From Tubiluchus corallicola (taxonomy: Eukaryota > Animalia > Priapulida): DNA of 64,000 bases. The notes under the pieces are model-generated. The model saw nothing but the letters and a program-made list of their open reading frames with translations. It was not told the origin of the DNA and did no database searches. The translations under genes were made by a program, and so were the position numbers. The stretch lies in NCBI GenBank assembly GCA_030141605.1, contig JAQGDQ010000250.1, positions 62,001 to 126,000 of the forward strand. The letters run 5' to 3'. Shown here piece after piece: positions 60,301 to 64,000 of the stretch. Within the stretch, counting starts at the first letter, position 1; every line of letters begins with the position of its first letter.

Positions 60301-61883
60301 TAAAGCTAATAAGAGCCATAAACATGAAATTCATAAACTTCGTAAGGAAAAATCGAAAATTTAAAACTTCAAAAGCTAAAAACTAGTTAAAAATTATTTA
60401 CTAAATACAACAAAACTAGATTGGTAAAACGACATTTAAATTAAAAGTACTAAGACCTAAAATCAGACTCATGGGTGAACTTCACTTCTCTAATCCCAAG
60501 AACAGAACTGCAAATGCAGAATTCGAATAGAGAATAGACAAACGATCGTGTTTTTAACATATGGCATTCCAAGGAGCAATTACACCTTAAGAGACCTTCC
60601 CATTGCCAGATGCAAGTGACTCATTTTGATACAAACCCTAACGTTTTGCCGTTAAGAGACGACGTAAAACCAATAATCAGTAACAATACGTATACTGCAG
60701 CTACAAAATCTTTATAAAAAACGGAAGAAAATATTTTACCTCATTTCTGTTTCCAATTCCCTTACTTGTTTGTCAACACCATCGAAATTTTTTCTTGCTT
60801 CGTCAGCAACTAAATGAAATGAAATGAAAACAATGAACAACAGAGTGAAAACTTATTCAGAATGATGTAATGAACAGTTATGCAGAACAAAGTGCATTCT
60901 AAAGATCATTAGTAGATCTTGAATACAATATAAGTGGCTTATTTACACATAACACACTAAATTCACTAACAATGACAATGACAAAACTAATGTATACAGT
61001 AAACTCTGCATAACTCACATTCAGTCAGACGGAAAAACTTTGAGTTACGCAATGCTGACCATTTTCCAACATAAAAACTCTAAAGTCAAAGCTTCTATAC
61101 ATAAATGACAAGATTTGATGACAACTACATAAAGAATAACTGACGTAAATAGCTAGAGTAAAAAACAATTTTTGTAGTGAAACACAATTTTTTTGTTACA
61201 AAAGAATGCATACACAACATTCCTAAACAAGATGACATTGGTGCTACCAACGTCTTACGTACTGCAGTTCAGTTTGTGCAAAGTTCAATAATTTTACACT
61301 CTCCATAAAGTATTCAGTTATCTTCATCTGCACCAAGTCCTGTGCTTGTTTCATTAGCACTGTTTCGAATGAAAGCATGAAAGATCAATCCGGGAGAAAG
61401 TAATCGGGGAGAGCGACTTGTAAGACATCAGAATTTTCCCGCAAGACGATACTGTTTTTCAATTGTACGAAACTTTTTATTTTTCTGGAGTATAAATTCC
61501 ATATTTTAATTAGGTGAAGTAATTTACATAATAATTAAGTGAAATAATTAGGTGAAGTTATTTGAGTTAGGTGAAATTTTCAGTTATATATTTTGAATTA
61601 AGCGATATTTTTTGTAGGAAAAACGAAGGATTTCATCCGTTCCGCTGTAATTTTTTGAGTTACGCGGAGTTTACTGTATAATAATCTATTTAAAAATGCA
61701 GCACAAGCGACTTGAAAATAACAGTGACCACATCAAGTACAAACTTCTAATTAATTCTTGGGTTGCCTCATCATAAGGAGGCATTGTCCTCGAATCCTCG
61801 TCTTTTTTGCCAGCGTCATCAAATTCTGCATCATCCTCATCGTCGTCACGGTCGTAGAATTCATCGTCGTCGTCCCGATACTC
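57374..61883 (-). CDS. PRKCSH: Glucosidase II beta subunit (PRKCSH), last five coding exons; 5' exons not found in the window
   Basis: Minus-strand exons 61883-61745, 60809-60740, 59623-59459, 57903-57804, 57517-57374 join in frame: acidic tract, MPPYDEATQELI, MRH domain (CFEYSDREYVYRLCLF, CWNGPKRS, EPSRCEY, TPAAC) and C-terminal HDEL. Confidence 0.95.
57620..57770 (-). mobile_element. tRNA-like repeat head (family 3) in the last PRKCSH intron; homolog at ~28420-28570 (+)
   Basis: Minus strand TGACCTAGTGG..CTGTAATGTAA..AGAAG..GGTTCAAATCC. The second copy shares the head and downstream sequence; no intact cloverleaf. Confidence 0.45.
58975..59200. repeat. Compound pentanucleotide microsatellite
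   Basis: Successive blocks of TATAG/TATTG, CACTG, CACTA, CATTA and TATTA. Confidence 0.95.
60997..61676. mobile_element. Tc1/mariner (pogo/Tigger-like) MITE in a PRKCSH intron
   Basis: TIR CAGTAAACTCTGCATAACTCA/TGAGTTACGCGGAGTTTACTG flanked by TA on both sides. Confidence 0.8.
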
Positions 61884-64000
61884 CTGCAGAATAAAAAAAC
61901 AAATTTAAACTGGCAGCATCCAAACAGAAAAACAAAGAAACACTTGGGACTCAAAACAATCTGGAAAACGTTCTGATAGCAGCGAAAGAAAAAAGAACAA
62001 TAAACTTCTATTAATCAATATTTCACTGTGAAACAGAATAATGAAGTGTTAAAATCAATGAAAAATCAATGAGTAATCAATAAAAAAAATCTAAGGTTAT
62101 GAAATTATCTCTAACTACATAAATGGCACTCAAAAGTCATTTAGCATTGAAATTAAATACTAACTAATGGTGGATATCTCGAAGCAACAGAATTACTTGA
62201 ATCAAAACCACAGGCAAGGTTAAAATCAATATAACATAATAATGGACAGATCATGAAATTATTAGTAATAGTAATTGTCTGAAAGTAGTCAAATAACAAA
62301 AGTCTGCGCTGGCTTATAGACCTTACCCCAGTTTTGTCTCAAGTAATCCTACTGGATCAAGTTCAACATTTTATGTTAATTAGAAAAAAACAAGCTTTTG
62401 GACAACAGTCAGATTTCTCTTATGTTAACAGTTTGGCACACCGTGAACGGAGCTTCAGTAGTGAACAATAGGGTCAGCTATATCAGAATTCCGGTATAAC
62501 ATGGAAATGGAAAGCAGTAAGGCATTTTCCAGGTGGTTACAGATCCATTACACAGCTGACTCACTGTTGCTTAACTTTAGCTACTAGGTGCCCACCGTGA
62601 CAACTCGGCTATTCATTTTTCCCTAATGTTGTTCGCAGTACATAAAATGGGAGGCCCAAAAATGTTTTTTTTACAACATAACCAAAGACACAGAGGCATT
62701 GTTTGCAAAATCGGACACGATTCAGAATAATTCTTAGGACAATTTTCATTGTCAGTATTTTAAAAATGAAAAAATTGACACATAAACAAAAGATCCCATT
62801 GAGTACATCTTGGTTCCACATTGCAACCCAGTAAAGTAAACATCTGCCACCAGGGGTCAGTGCAACGGAGGGACAAACATCACTAGGTTAAAGTATCAAA
62901 CATCATCTGCTTCTGATTTTTTGCCAGCGCCAATTTGAGGATACATGGAAATTGCTACTGAAATAAAATCGCAGGTCACGTAAATGTTATTGCAACGCAC
63001 ACCAGGGGGTGCAAGCGAGTACAGCAGCAACAACAGGTAGCGGACATGTGCGAAGCAAAAACCTGAGATAGATAAACATGCCAATAATGTGTAAAACAAA
63101 TATGAAGTATGGGAACGTTGCGTGGGCAATGGGATGTTCTTCGTAATCCTGTTTTTCGTTACTATGCAACCTCGTATGTTTGCAATATTCCCACAAACTC
63201 GACTTGCTTTCGAGCTGACTCGACGTCAGAGAAGTGGCAATTATTACATCTTTATTCTATAATGTCTCGACCCATGTTTTTGTTTTCCCCAATAATGTCC
63301 AGTGACCTGTTGTTGTAAAAGCTGTTGCCAATCTGTGCAGGTTGACCCCAAACGATCGTACTTTCCAAACAAATGCAATTAACGTTCAACACAGAAAGAA
63401 TTGAGAACTACTAACATAAACAGTTCTATAATTCTCGAACGTTTACGGCTGTTATACTGCTTGTTTAAAAAAATATAGATAATTCTTAGTATAATGTTTA
63501 TCCAACTTGAACAGTGCAATTTTGCTGTTAAACAGTTACTTAAATGTTTAGTCATAAATTAATGTCTTCCTCGGGACATGGCTGCTGACTGTGTTGTACT
63601 GTTTGTGTGATTTTATTTACTGTATGTGTTGTACTTACTATTTTTAATGTAACTTTGATTATAGTATGTCACTGTAGTGTAGTGTGATGTAAAAATTTTT
63701 TTATACAGCTTTTTACACTGAAATAAAGCAATCTAATTTAATAACAATAGTAGCTACCAAGGTCAGCTCTGAATTACTATATCTTGGCTTAGATAAATCT
63801 TGCACTAAATGTTACCACTGACAACAAAGTCGCATGTTGTTGTCACAAATATGACAGCATTAATGCTCGACCTAATGATTAAAAATGACTCTAAGGTCAG
63901 CATGTGATGAAAAATGCAAACTGTTACATAATGTATTAATAACTTGTTTTATTTTTGTGCAGTTGTAAAAAAGATATCAAGAAAGTTGCTATACAATGCT

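Overview
AT-rich genomic DNA from an intron-rich animal, most likely a non-insect invertebrate (inferred from GT-AG introns at largely human-like positions, a full MAO-type gene and a TTAGGG-type repeat). I reconstructed the gene models by hand from splice sites. (1) A complete 10-exon eIF4A DEAD-box helicase gene (+, CDS 1262-10956, 435 aa) with a TOP-like start. Its introns hold a U54/SNORD54-like box C/D snoRNA and candidate H/ACA RNAs. Its 3' UTR holds a 25-bp long-range duplex in which every non-Watson-Crick pair is G-U. (2) A complete 13-exon monoamine oxidase gene (+, 13694-25190, 513 aa). (3) A ~25-kb gene-poor, repeat-rich stretch with a young 5'-truncated CR1/L2-group LINE nested in a Kolobok-like MITE, plus hAT, Tc1/mariner and Helitron non-autonomous elements, tRNA-derived SINEs and long microsatellites. 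(4) An unrecognised spliced single-pass membrane protein gene with a Lys-rich tail (+, ~51.1-53.3 kb). (5) The 3' five coding exons of glucosidase II beta/PRKCSH (-, 61883-57374, ending HDEL). Most short ORFs in the supplied track are exon fragments or noise. Family assignments and rRNA target matches come from my own knowledge; no database search was run.
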